A stretch of 64,000 bases of DNA, taken from the NCBI GenBank assembly GCA_051362555.1, contig CM120644.1, positions 11,244,567-11,308,566 of the forward strand, read 5' to 3'. Source of the stretch: Lingula anatina. Taxonomy: Eukaryota; Animalia; Brachiopoda. A model generated the notes under the pieces. It was not told the origin of the DNA. It ran no database searches and saw nothing but the letters and a program-made list of their open reading frames with translations. A program made the translations under genes and the position numbers. Positions 1 through 14,900 of this stretch are shown piece after piece. Positions within the stretch are counted from its first letter, which is position 1, and every line of letters starts with the position of its first letter.

Positions 1-483
1 TTTTTCGCGGTAGGTGTTTATGAAGAGCTGTCAAGCACCAGACGCAATATTTACAGGAATACTAAAGGAAATTTATGATCATATATCTATTAATGCAGTT
101 TTGAAAGAGCTACCTTAATTCAAAATCCAATTCACGACATATAATACTGAAAGTGATATATGTTCGCCTGTGAAGGGTACATTTGCTACCGTCTGCACGC
201 TACTTGTTGATGGAGAATTTTTTTACCGCCAACTAGGATATATTACCATAAAATATTATTTTATATCCTTATTCTAAAATTTTGAAAAAACATCAAATTA
301 ATATAGTGCAATCTCAAAGGATCATCCAATTGTGAGAAAATCTACAATTTTTGAAGCAAATTTTTTTTGTCAGCCGAATGCAGGGAAATATTTTGTAGCG
401 ACAAACAATCTCATTATCGATATTACGAAATTCGCTCAACGCAGACGACCATGACGGGATTCTTGTTCAAAGCAGAACGGAAG

Positions 484-586
484 ATGGCGTATTTCAATCT
501 GATAACGCTGTCTCTGTTGGCGTCCATGGCCACTATTTCGGCCGAAGATTACATACGACGAATAGAGCCGAAGGCGACCGAACCAA
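484..586 (+). CDS. Exon 1: signal peptide [34 protein letters not shown]
   Basis: ATG in aagATGg context, hydrophobic core, GTAAGT donor at 587 (phase 1). An in-frame upstream ATG at 451 is an alternative start. Confidence 0.75.
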
Positions 587-3500
587 GTAAGTAGCATTAG
601 GGCTATATATTATGTATCAAAACATGCCGCTGTTATATTGATAATCACCAATGACCACAAAGAAGGTATCAAGTGATATAAATAAAAAGTGTGTTAAAGA
701 TGTTACTTTCATATATGAGGGAAATCAATGTAGGGAACTTAAAACAGGACCGATTCTTAAACCATGCTGAATAAAACACTCATTTATCAATAGAGTTCAT
801 TATTCCGACTACAAACCATGGTCAGAATTAACAAATGGCTCCTTTATATCCGAGAAGGATCTCTCTTTAAATATTCCCATATTTTTCATACAAATGTAAG
901 ATATATGGTCAAAAACGACATACTAGTGTTTTTTTTTTTTTCGAAGTATTTTATTGTGCCCTTCATCTTCAAGTCAATGCTGAAGCATATGCGGAAACTA
1001 CTCGCGAAGCTCATTTAAAAGATAACATTATGTCATACGGTTTCCTTGGTATAACAAGTGCCCATAAGCACGTCTAACATAATGATCTCTTGCTGACTCG
1101 CTATCTCACATCATTCTTAACTCATATGAAGAGTACTGTAATTTACTCCGTGCCTTTTCTCCCTTTACTCCACTATCTCACATAGTTAATCTTCAGCATC
1201 ATCATTAGAGTTGTCAATGTTATCGTTATCGCTGTCACCTTCTGCACCGGGATTTCAATTAGTTTAATTCCGGCAGAACTCAAGCGTAACGTGCGAGCAA
1301 GCAGTCTCATATGAATATACGATTTTAAGTCCGATTAAAAAAATTAAGTTTTTGAAATACGCGTCCCGCTTTTTGGACATTATAATCCCAAAGTCACATA
1401 TTTCATAATCTAAACTTGTTTATTCATTGCAAACTTTCCTAACAACAATAATAACAATAAGAAGGTGATAGCCGATATGTCTGGACAATACAAGGGCCTG
1501 GCAAGGTCAGTATATATAATAACGCCAACAAAATTTGACATTAAAAAGAGCGAATTGATGAAGCAGTTATGGGAGTGTAAAGGAAATTACATCGCCTACC
1601 AACGATATAAATTACAAGATATAATATAATATAATATAATATAATATAATATAATATAATATAATATAATATAATATAATATAATATAATATAATATAAT
1701 ATAATATAATGTGAAATCAGAAAAAGTGGGTTGATGAGGCAGACATGAAGGTGTAAAGGTGACTGTATAACTATATAAAATACAAGATATAAAAATCTGA
1801 AGCGAAAACATTGGCCTTCCCTGTAAACAATATCATTCATCAAGACCGTCACGCTATATTACTCTATGTATGTTCATGTACGTTGTTTATCAGCCTACGT
1901 TCAAAATGCTGTGTATGAATGTCTACGAGAAATTATTTATGGACACATTTGATGGTATATATGGCACAGGGAACGCCTTTAGTATATCTTACTATCTAGA
2001 CACCAACGGCCCTTTTAGCCGTCTTCATTACGTCGTTTTAATATAAGGATACCTTAACTTTAGAGTATCTTTTAGCCTACTTTGAGATGAATAAGCAGCT
2101 TTAGGAGACTACGTTGTAGTCCTCTTAACGATGTGTCCCGCCCCTGTTTTATGTACAAAAAAAAAAGAAAAAAAGATAGGGCGAGTATGATATACAAATA
2201 TTTGGGTAAAGCGTTGCGTGACCATATCAATATTATCTAGCCACTGCACTGCAGATCAAACAGTGTGAGGTCGCTCCCATGTTTTATACAATCAAGAGAG
2301 ACGAAAGGGAGAAATGTTTTCAAGTTTATGAAATCCCAGATCTGTCCCCGCACATGTCATAATTTTAGACCCTTGCCTTTCGTTATAGCATGTGTCCAAA
2401 CAATAAGAAGGCCTATGACAGGGCAATATTATTGCATCTTAATAGGTGAAAGTAAGGCCAATATTCAGAAACTTCACTCACTTTTTATATTATGAGATGC
2501 GGGGAAAAATCGTGTATGGCGTTACTGGTGGTTTAAAAAAAGTTCTTCAGTGTATAGGGCCATTCAATGCAGTTTTCAATTTTTATAGAATCACTCAAAA
2601 TACTAATGTGAATAAATATCTTCTGTCGTGTTGGACAATAAAACAAACAAACAAATACAAACAAACATTTTCACATTTCCCCTCCAACAACTCTTATTTG
2701 TTGCCATTTTTGTTTGAGTTTTTATAAAAAATTCAGCCAGACGTTTGATTGTTAATTTCAGTCCACCAATGCCAATTCGAAGGACAGTACATCCGGGACG
2801 TTAAGAACCTGTGCATGTTTTACCAGTGTGAAAATGCGGATAATGACGGCGGATTGCGTCCGGCCACTCACGCATGCGCACCAGGCACCGGAGTGGCATC
2901 CGATTACCTGGATCCGGTCCCCCATTTCAGCATCAGTATTCAAGGGTTGAACCCGTGCGTTGTAAGGTGGGTGCGAGCTTCACAATGACTTACTTTTGTG
3001 AAACCAGGGAGTACAATTTTTATTTCTGCAACACAAATGAAACATTCTGAAACGCATGTCAATTTCCAGAACCTGCACTAACTGAAATTTCATATCCGTT
3101 TAAAGAAGTGTCTTATCATATATAATAGTAAAAAAAAATTCAAACAAACAAAAATGTTATTTTTTAAATTTAAAAATATTTTGAAGTAATCCATATTTAT
3201 CGGCCATTTATGTTTGAAATTGGATTTAAATACATGGAAGACATTTTGTTTCGATAATGATACCGCGGGTGGAGTTGAAAGGAGACAAATATAGACGAAC
3301 TTACAGTTGTCCTTAACTAACAGCTGTAATGATATAGAGATGTTGAACAAAGTTGCGGTTTTCAAAAGTGTCTAAAATTTATAACCCTTCAAGATTAAAT
3401 CTTGAGTACTCGATAACGAAAGACTTCCTGTGCAACTTTGTCGTATTTTGCCATCCAATAAAACATCATGGTTGTTAATACCACCCGAGTTTATCCAACC

Positions 3501-4358
3501 ATTTTTCCTAAATAATGAAAAAAACTTTGGTGCGAGAATATCAACAGATATATAAGAAAGATTAACTAGGTAAAACAACCCACCCATACACGCTCTCGCA
3601 TTCGGCGCATTTGTTGATTACATTCCATTGCTTTAAAGTTAATTTTATTTTCTGCTAAAATATAAAGAGAAAGGTCGATAGAATATTCTGAATACTCTAA
3701 TATATGTCATCCAGCGGACTCTGCAGGTACTTTATAAGTGAGACCTTCTTTAGTTAATATATATGTCGGCACCAGGGTCGCCCTCTACACTCTCTCTTTC
3801 CTACTTTCCCTCGACACTGTGGGACCTGCCCAACATCATGTTAATTTCATGTTTATAAGCAATTATCCCATCATATAGTTTTGCAAAACAATGAATTCTA
3901 TTATTTCGAACTGTGGCCCACTTGTTTTACATCTACCGTCGTCTTGTAACATGGAATTTTACTTGCCTGTAAATAGTGCAGTTTTTATCCATTTGTAGGA
4001 TGTTATTGCTCCCATTAAAAACAACAGATCATTTTTCCAGTAATAGAATAAAGCAAGAAGACAAAACAAAGAGAATTTACAGTTATTTACATATATTAGT
4101 GGTTATCCAACGATTTTCACAAAACAAACAGCGTTCTATTCGTTTATCTATTCTGAGTATATAATTTTATAAATACCCATTCATTTTTTGTAATACAAGG
4201 TTACAGTATTGTTTTGAAAGTAAAGAGAATCTATCACTGTGATTGTTATCGTAAAAAATAAACAGATAAATGGAGTACTAAAGAACGTTGCCTCCGGTCG
4301 TCCAGAATACCGAACGCATGAATCACCGCCTTTGAAGTGAGACAAGTCAATTGACACG

Positions 4359-4442
<84 letters not shown>

Positions 4443-7400
4443 GTCGAATATCTATTTAATTAACAGCCATATTAGACAGCTTTAAATAAAAGACAAGGGA
4501 CAACCTCGACCTAAGAAAAGAATGACATGTGCAGATGTTTCTTGATAATAGACAAACAACTTTTATAGGAAAATCGTCATTTTCCAAACTCTTGGTTCGT
4601 TTAATTTCCAAAGAAACAAAGGGCCGAGATAAAACGTCGCCGTCCATCTGTGCTCTACGGTGTTATTTCCTCTTCCTGGCATGGAAAAAAAACTTCACTA
4701 GGTTTTTCTGAGGGTTAGCACGTCAACTAACAATAAGAACATGTCCTGAGATGTCAAGAAATGAATCTTTGCAGAGAAGCAGTACCTTGTACCATACATT
4801 TAGAAAACAGAACAAATGCCATGCACGTTGCCAACTTTTATATGTTTAACCTTGATTTATAAATAGTATATTTGATACAATAAATAAATAAATAGATAGA
4901 TAAAGCGATAAATAAACCGAAACTAAATTAAAGACTATAATATATTGACCTTGACGACGCAGAATATTCACATACAATATGATCGTGGTTCAACTAATTA
5001 AAGTCCTGTATGCCATCAGTATAGTTAAGTGAGTTCATGTTGTAATTTGTGTCGTCGATTAGGAAGATACGTGGACAATAAAGCGAAAAGAACATAATTT
5101 AATGCATGATATTACTATAATTAGAAGTCTAATTGTATTATTAATTTCTTGAATTTGATTATGAGTGCACTTAACGTGAAAAGAACTGATCTTAATTTAT
5201 ACGACCGAGCTGTTTGATATCTACGTACTTTTTAAAGTTAAAACTCCATAAGTTAGTAACAGTCTACGTGATTGAAAGTGTTTGACTCGTTTGAAAAAGG
5301 AAACGGATATGCTGATTTTGATCCCAATTACTTCATTTTAGTGTATACTGTTACATTTATTATCATAAATCAAAGAAGACAAAAATGTTGGATCTGAAAG
5401 TAAACATCAGATTTTGACTGAAGATCCTTTGTGAAAGTGGTTCCAGAGCGCACGGATTGTATTATCAAAATATCGGTTTCTGACCACCCAGGTACCTTCA
5501 ATACACGGAAGAGATATATGTCTTAATGTGTGGTCGTACCTTCTTAATCGAGGCTAATAACACGCCTTACCTCTCTGACAAGGTGGAAGTCATGTGAAGT
5601 ACAAGACGAACATGTCATTATATGTCATGGTATTGTCCTAATTGAGGTTAAAAGTGCACAAAAAGTGGTAACGTGCAAGCACCTGTTCTAATGTGTTGCA
5701 CTGTTACATGAGACAGAATATAAAACGGAGTTCAACATTTGTGATAAGAGAAATTATGGATAGGCAACCTAATCCTGTGAGTTATATATGTAGTATCATC
5801 GTTAATTTGGACACATCTTACAAGATGGGTTCAAGTCATTAGTGAGCCAATTTTTCGCAATTCGTCTGTAAAACGCTTAACTCTTTTTTCTTTCGGAACA
5901 ATTGATACCTTCTAACCTAAATATTTAAATTATGGCATTATGTGCAAGGAATATGAAGCCAGCGGACCCAAATGTAATTACTTTGAGATATTTGGGATTT
6001 AGAACACTCCCAATATTTTACACTCGCGAGAATGGAATAGCATGCTCTTTTCTGAGTGTATTTTCCGACCAGACCTTATGAACTATTCTTGGTATCTTCA
6101 ACCTAAGTTTTGGAGGCTACTGGAAACAAACCTCTATAGTCAGGAACCTCTGAAACTCGAAAGGGTATTTTAGACCACTTTATTTTCTCTGTAATATTTC
6201 AAACAAGACGTCCACGATCACTTCTCCACTGGACCATGAAAATGCCTGGTTCTAACACGACGTATAACGTTTACAACACACGTTTTTATTACCCCGTAAT
6301 GCACCCTACTTCAGACCTCCAGATCCGAGTTTGGTGTAGGCCTATTTGGGGGGGGGGGGGTATCTTATTACAGTAATAATACAGGCCTACTTATTCTAAT
6401 ATCCAAAACAATGTCCCTCGGTCACTCAGAATTCTGCCCTAACACTTCATATTGTGTCACTACTAATCCACTGATACGTTGCAATTTCCTTTTAGGAGGA
6501 AAACTGATTGTGAAGACACGACGCCCACCTCCCAGTGGAATCAGTGGACGCAGTGGAGCGCATGCTCAGCGTCTTGCAATGGCGGAAGTCAGACACGCAC
6601 GCGCACGTGCCCCGACAACACGTGCGTTGGGCGTGACCGCGACAGCAGGGCATGCAATACAGGGGACTGTGGTGAGTAATTTTTAATATTTTTTTCTTTT
6701 TCGTTTTCATATCCTTTTGACTTGTTTTGGGGTTCTGCACTGAAATGGAATATTGGGTAGTTGTATTTGGAACAAGTAGTAGCATGGCTTTACCAGTAGG
6801 GCTTCAAATTACCAAATAAAGAGATATAGCATAAGCTGAATAGCAATAGAAAATCTATCGTCACAGTAGTAGTAACGCTTATTACACTTGTCACGGCAAT
6901 ATTAGTAGTAGAAAAAGTAGGTCGCTCTGGTAAATATGGTGCCTTCAAAGGCCGATCCAGATCAAGGACACGTTAAACAGCTTCCTTCCCCAGAGTTAGC
7001 AGCCCATTGAAGTTGGTTGTATCAGTCAAAAAAAAAAAAATATATATATATATATATACGTTCTAAAAATATGAGTGGGTTCTATCAAAGCAATTTATGT
7101 ACCCCACCTTTTTGCCAAAGTGTCTGGATCAGCTTTTGGTAGTAGATCTTTACTATGGCCCTTTGCACATGGAGCGGCACAGTTTTCTGCATCTCACCAG
7201 TTTGATTGGCCCTAACCTATAATGACAGTACGTTTTTTAATCCCTTTCACAAGTCCCAATGACCTTATCAAAATTAATCCGGTTAAGTGGCCGTGTAGAG
7301 CACGGGGGATCCGTTTAAGTGACTCTCTCTTGTCAATCTCTCAAGTTGGTGCGATACAAAAGCCTGCGCCGCTAGATGTTAAAGGGGCCTATTAGTACGC

Positions 7401-10400
7401 ACTAAACTAGCAATTAGCATAGATACACTTTATCCGGTTAGCTGAATGGAACACATGGAATCCGTGGTCCGGATGCTCGGCATCCTGTGGTGAGGGGAAG
7501 CAGACCAGGAGGAGGACGTGTGATCCGGGGGAAGTGGGCCAATGCGCAGGCTCAGCAGAGGAAACGAGATCCTGTTCTAAAGGAGATTGCGGTGAGGGGT
7601 GCTTTCCAAACAGCAGCCACCTTTCGCTGTTGAAGAATTCCGCAGAATAGTTGACCTGATGTAGTTCATTTTTCACTGACGCTATTACATTAACTTATAC
7701 AAAATGTTCACTGTTTAAAATACACAAATTTTGTTGACTAATCAGAATCTTACAACAGAGTTGGACAATTATGAAATATTTTTTGGTCGGTGTTATGTTC
7801 AACAAACCCCTTATAGCTATAGGCCTATGTTTGATTATGTAAATTATTCCTGAAAAAAAAAACTGCTTTCCTTTTCCAGCCTCGTGGACAGCCTGGACCT
7901 CATGGACCTCGTGCTCAGCAACATGTGGTCAAGGGTCATCGTCACGGACACGGCAGTGCGTTGGTCTGGGGGACTGCCCAGGGTCCAGCAGTGAGGTCAA
8001 GCCTTGTAATAACGGACCATGTGGTGAGTTTTGTATTTAAAATAATAAATGGTTTTAAATATCGTTTAATGTGCCCTGTATTTGATACCATATACTGTAA
8101 GTTGAACAAGACGCGTGGTATAATTTTAGGCAACAGATAAATGGCATATAACAAACTGGAGTACCATTATAAACATACATTGGCATCTCGTTCCAAAGAC
8201 TTCAGATTACTCTTCATGTATTGACTGCTGGCGTACAATTTGATGGAATATAGTGAATATAGAAGATGACTAAAACGAGTTTTATAGCATTTAACGTAGG
8301 GAAATTGTACACATGGTATAAGCATCACCTGTGGGATGGTTGATGTTTTGGTGGTGGTGGGCGGGGGGAGGGTTGTAATAATCGGTTGGTTTCCATGGTG
8401 TAAACATGTAACCAAAATGTGACAAGATGAAGGGTCACCACGAGGACAGGTCATTATCCCCCATGTGACTGTCCAAATGTGTAACACGTGTCGTGGTAGG
8501 CCTATATCTCGGTTATTTCGTCATTCCCCCAAAATAATCACTGAAACACTGACCTTATAATGTCAGCTATTTATCTTCCGCCTTAAATTAATGACTTCTT
8601 AATGTCAGATTCTTATCCTAGTGACATTTCCTGCATTGTTGCATCACAGCACTTGTTGTAGCACCTTGTGCTTCTTGGTAATTTGGTCACGCCTTTTTGA
8701 AATGCTGACCTCAACAAGTCAAGTCTCTGTCTAAATGTGTTACATGTATCACAACACGTGTTGTTGCACCATGCTCGTTTCGGTAATTTGGTCATGCCCT
8801 TTTGCAGTTTTGGCCTCATCATGATAGATTCCTATCTCGGTACATTTCTTGCATGGCAACTCGTGTTATGGCACCTTGTTCTTCTTGGTAATTTGGTCAT
8901 GGCTATTTTGAAAACATTTCCCTGTAGAATAATATGTGCCGCACCGTGCTTTGCACCACGTGCATTTTGGTAATTTGTCATTTGTTTAAATATACTGAAT
9001 CTTATCTCAATTTCTGGAAATTATGCAGGTTCGTCGGAGGGCAACATGCCTAAAAATATCCCGTAAAGAGAATAAATCATCTTTATGTGTGTCTGTTACA
9101 CAATTCGCTAGATCATGGGTCATTCAAAACATGGACCAGTTTCAAGAGATAACATTAAACCCAAAGTTGGTCCTAAACTTTATTTTAAAATTTTGCTCTA
9201 TTGTAATTGTTATTCAAAATAAAAGCAGGTAGCCCTCTATAACTATGTATTGGTCCAAAATTTACGCCGTTTCTTTCATGTCTTAAAACAGACGCATTGT
9301 TTCATTGAAGTGGACCACTTCGGGTTAAAATAAGCCCAAAATAGAATGCTATTTTTGGTCCAAAAGTCTGGGCCAACATTCGGTCTAAAATTCCCTCGTG
9401 GAACCTGTCTCTGGCCTACGAGTGCCATGCATGCCAAGGTACTTCGTTAACTGTGGAATGTGAACCACATTTCCTTGTACATGTTACATGTCCCAGTAAA
9501 CATCGCGTAATAGTTCTTCCTTTCCGACTCGGTTGCCACACGATTACCATTTGCTCTTAATATTAAAAAGTTTTGCGTTATATACACCATTTTGGTGCAG
9601 ACAAAATCTGAGTCAGACGGACTGAATGCGCCAAAAACCTCAATGGTGTTTTTGAAAGAACTACAAAAATACCAAGAAGACGTGTATTGATGATTTTTTT
9701 GATCGCGTGTTGTCTTCCATTTATCTGTGACTGTCTTGGTGTGGGGCTGTGTGGTCGATATGGAACCTCCTGTCCCAGTTGAATAGAAAAGGAGTGCTTG
9801 GAACATGGTGGTTTATTTATCCAGAGAAATAATGAATGAGTAGCTATTGTTTTCAATGAATGCATTACGTTCACCGGGACATTGCAAAATCAATTATTTA
9901 AAAGATACATAATGTTTTTGCATATCGTGGCATTCCGTAATATTAGGTAAAACCATATTGTGACACAAAGTGGAAATAATTTCTGAACATGCGCCACAGC
10001 CATTTAAAATATATAAACATTGAAATACGGTTATATTTTTTTTGTCTCCAATACATTAGACGAGAGCTCGAGCATGATAATACTACAAAAATAACTTTCC
10101 ATAATATACTATACCGTGGGAAGTGTCAAGATGCTAAAAATAAAGTCAAACTTTTTTTGCTTTCTCTAAGCTAAATGATATGTGCCTGCCTAGCACTGAT
10201 GAACGTTATACAATTTTCACATGCAACACGTGTTTTGCTAAGGAGTGTTTGTATGTTTATTTTAACTCGTTTAGGTGAATGTGGAGCGACAGCTACTATT
10301 CATATTTCCAAACTAACCTTTGTCTCCATTTTTGTGTGTATACATGCACCTGTCTAAGTTATCTAAGGCTGCATTTAGGACAGCGGACTAACTAGTCCCC

Positions 10401-13400
10401 GGACCAAATATGGCAACCGACTAAAAAGCTTGCCGTCTAATATGCTAATATAATCCGTCTAATCCGCTAATAGATTCCCCGTGGGGAAGTATTCAAGTGG
10501 GTCAGCTATATTTGACCCGTGGACTAGTTAGTCCGCTGTTCTGAATACAGCCTAACTTACATTTTTGCCAGTACATACAGGTGCATATGATGCAACAAAT
10601 TGATGAGTATACAAGAAGGAAGTGTCGTGTATATTAATTATTAACTCTTTTAGTGTGATACAATACTCCCTGAAATTCATCATGGCGAGATGGGTGCCAG
10701 ACTGTTCCCGCAAACTGTACATGACTAGCCAAAAGTTGCATAGATTTAACCTCCACTTACGACAGTCCATTTTTCATTATATAAGAGTACATAAGTTAGA
10801 CGTAGGTCTACTGTTGGTCATAAATAGATTTACAAGTTCGAAAATGCGCCCGTTCATGGTTAGCATGTTATTGATAGATATGATAACATTTGTAAACAAG
10901 GAAGTAGTTCTTTATTAACAATAATAAAAAAAATTAATGAATTGAGCTCCCATCGTTATAATATAAATACTAGTGTATGCCTTAGAAATAACAGCACGAA
11001 CATGATCATAATTGTATATGCTATTCTTAAAGAATAAAGTGTTTATCTGTTGAAAATAATAATGATAACCTCACTATTGTTTGTAAATATTAATTTTTCC
11101 AGCGTCGTGGTCAGCGTGGACATCGTGGAGCACGTGTTCAGCGTCGTGTGGTCAAGGGTCCAGCAGCCGAACGCGGCAGTGCCAGGGGACAGGCACATGT
11201 CCAGGACTGGCCGAAGAAGTCCGCACGTGCAATAACGGAGTGTGTGGTCAGTAATGGATCTATGGCATTTAGAGGAGGATAACAAATTTTAGCAAGGATG
11301 AGAAAACGGCTTTACGTTTGAATGTCCATCATGCTACATGAATTTGTCGTCACTAACTGAATACTAGCATTTAGAATTACTGTGTTCATAAAAGGAGCAT
11401 CTATTTGATTCCTCATTTTCAAGGCTTTTCATAATTGATAGGCCGAACAAAATTCAGTAAACAAAACATTAAACAAATTCTTTTACAGTTGTGTAGTAAC
11501 ATCTGTGGTATAGTTTTTAAACCTGTATTCCAGCCGGATGGTCTGCCTGGACATCGTGGAGCAGTTGTTCAGCATCCTGTGGTCAGGGTGCAGTCAGCAG
11601 AACTCGCCAGTGTCAGGGCATTGGCAACTGTCCTGGCGTCGCCCGGGAAAGCAGGGATTGTAATATCGGTCCCTGTGGTATGTGTTAGGGGACTTCTCAT
11701 GGCACGTTCAGATATGCGATAATTAAGTCAAAAATAAAGTTCGATGGAACTTCACTTTGTTATTTGAATTGTATATTTGTCAAGGTTACTCACAGTTAAA
11801 GAGTAAAAAGACACAAATAACCCCCATATGTTTATGGATTAACAAATGACTCAAGCAGCCTTGAAGGTGATGCCCTCAAACAACAATGCTACATGAACAT
11901 GATAATACACCAATCTGTTAAGAGTATGACTTACAAAGGAGCCATTACTTCTTGCAGCGTCCTGGGCGGCGTGGGCGACGTGGGGTAGCTGCTCTCGTAC
12001 ATGTAACGAGGGCACTAGTAGACGCACGCGCCAGTGTGTTGGTGTAGGAACATGTCCAGGACCACAGCTTGAAGACAGGGCATGTAATAACGGTCCCTGT
12101 GGTAGGTATTCTAGTGGGTGAATGTCGCTATTTCCCTACATATTTTTGATCTACTATTCTGAAATTAATATTTAATGCATTGATGGCAAAATCAGAGAAT
12201 AAGGTTCTATTTCTGGAGCTTAAACATCACAATAAGTAAATTACCTTAGCTCCGATGGCATTGACAATAAAGTTTTGGTCACGTATACAGTATGCGGAAG
12301 AAAATGCGTTTGAAGATAAAGCCTTTCTAAAGTTCGACTATATGAGTATTTAGATTTTAAAAGGAATTAAGTTATCATGTTTATTTTAAGTCATTTTAAA
12401 ATCAATTTTCTGAAACAGCTTCTCTGACTGCCTGGTCCACTTGGAGTGCGTGTTCTGCCTCGTGTAACCAGGGCGTCAGCACGCGCGTGCGCGAATGCAC
12501 GGGACTTGGAGCGTGCACAGGAGCACTTTCCGAGAACAGGGAATGTTCAAATGGGCCATGTGGTACGTAGAAAGTTATTTTATAATATCTCCACTTTGCC
12601 GCTATATTTAAAGGTCACATAATAGTAACTTATTGTTATGAATAATATTATATTTCAATAACAATGAGGTATTGTTATTGAAATATTTCAATAACAATAA
12701 CTCAATGTTATTGAAATATAACATTTTCATAGCGAAAGGACGTATCACGATATTTTTTCGTCATAAGACTGTCATAAAATAGGCAAATAACCGTGATGAA
12801 TTTGGTCAAATAGTCCTGAATTATGTTCGTTTTTAGCGTCTTGGTCATCATGGACGGCGTTCAGTGAGTGTTCTGTGTTCTGTGGTCCGGGCAGAAGCAG
12901 CCGTACCAGGGAGTGTATCGGGATAGGACTGTGCCCAGGGCTCAATAGGGAAGAGAGGGACTGTAACAACGGAGCTTGTGGTAGGTTTATGTTTGTAGTA
13001 ACCACATGATATTCGAAGAATAGAATAGCTGATCTTTAAATGTTTATCACTGATTACTATGGTGGTATTCAAATTTATATATGATAAATCGGTAACTGCA
13101 TCAATCTATTTTTGTTTTATTCGCTGTGCTGTTGTACTTTTTTGACATATTTTTTACTTTCCTTTTCAGCTGGTTGGTCAGCCTGGACATCGTGGTCAAG
13201 CTGTTCAGCGTCCTGTGGTCAAGGCAGCACTGGACGTACTCGTATATGTTCTGGACTTGGAGAGTGTCCGGGACCAGCAAGTGAAACGAAACAGTGCAGC
13301 AACGGACCTTGTGGTACGGATATTAAAATTAAATCTTTTATAATCAATATGACCTGGACCAACAAAATGCATGCATTTAATTCAATTACTTATTCAATAA

Positions 13401-14836
13401 TTTATTTGATCGTATATCAGCTATGTGTTACAGAAAAAGAAAGGGATATTTTGAAGGAATATTTTGGCGTGTAGGCTAATCAGGGTAAAATGTCAACACG
13501 CCAATATCAGTATTATCATGACACTCGTCTCCCTAATGTCACCCACGGTAGGTCAAAATAAAATTTTCCATTACAGCCGCGTGGGCCGCCTGGACATCAT
13601 GGAGTAGTTGCTCTCAGTCTTGTAATGAAGGCACTAGTAGACGTAGAAGACAGTGTGAAGGTATAGGTACATGTCCAGGAAAGGAACTGGAGGACAGGGC
13701 ATGTAATAATGGACCATGTGGTATGTACTGGAGTAGTTATGTTATGTCTTTAAGGCTTCACATTTTACAGTATATAAGGAATAACTTGAAACTAGGACCT
13801 CTATCATTGCTTGAAACAGGGGCATGTTAAAGTACGAATGTCTTGAATTTGGCAATGGCTTTGAAGAATAATCTCAGCCACTTACTTCATATGTTGCGAT
13901 AGCTATTACGATACTAGGCATCGTATGTCCAGGAAAAACATAGTGTTCATCATTGAATTGATGGCCATGTTGAAAAATTGGCCTTATATTAATGTTATTT
14001 GGTATCTTTATTCCATATTTTTCAAACGGTAAAAATCTGGATTTTAAAATGAATTTTTAGCCTCCTGGTCAGCCTGGACGTCGTGGTCAAGCTGTTCAGC
14101 GTCCTGTGGTCAAGGTACCTCTGGACGTACTCGTGTATGTTCTGGACTGGGAGAGTGTCCGGGATCTGCGAACGAAAACAGACCCTGCAGCAACGGGCCT
14201 TGTGGTACGGATTTCTACTTCCAGAAATAAAGAAATATATGATTTTAATGTATTATTTTTGCTTATTGATAAGCAATTTTGAATTTTGAATTTTGAATTT
14301 TTGATAACATGAACTATGAAGAAATTTATATTAAAAATTTAAACGGCAATAAATTATCACAAAGATGCATTCGTATCTCATTAATCATGTCATTCATATT
14401 CCCCAGCATCGTGGTCGGCGTGGACGGCATTTGGAAGCTGTTCAGTGTCGTGTGGTCCTGGCAGTAGCAGGAGAACAAGAGAATGTATTGGAATAGGATT
14501 CTGCCCTGGAGATGAGTTCGAAGTCAGAGCCTGCAATGACGGCGCTTGTGGTAGGGTTATTTCTAAACATTCAAAATGAATCGTTTGGTGGTGGCTTTAG
14601 AATACTTTAAACCGCAAAATACATATAGGTTATAGATATAGTATTAGTTAGGGTTCATTTAGCATTTAATGTTACTGTCATCGAAAAAGTAACCCGACAT
14701 TCAGTAGACTATACGGTTTATAACTGCACAGCTCTACTCCCTGTGCAAAAACTCTCACTACAGAAATGCGCTAGTGCAAAGCCAAAATAATCTCTGTAGA
14801 TATCTGTGAATATATATGTGCTAGTCTTGCTCCAAG

Positions 14837-14900
<64 letters not shown>

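Noticed and set aside
1541-1852. ORFs with [13 protein letters not shown] or CVCV runs (also 14718, 16687, 22316-22576, 61302-61640, 63534-63770)
   Set aside because: Translations of microsatellites.
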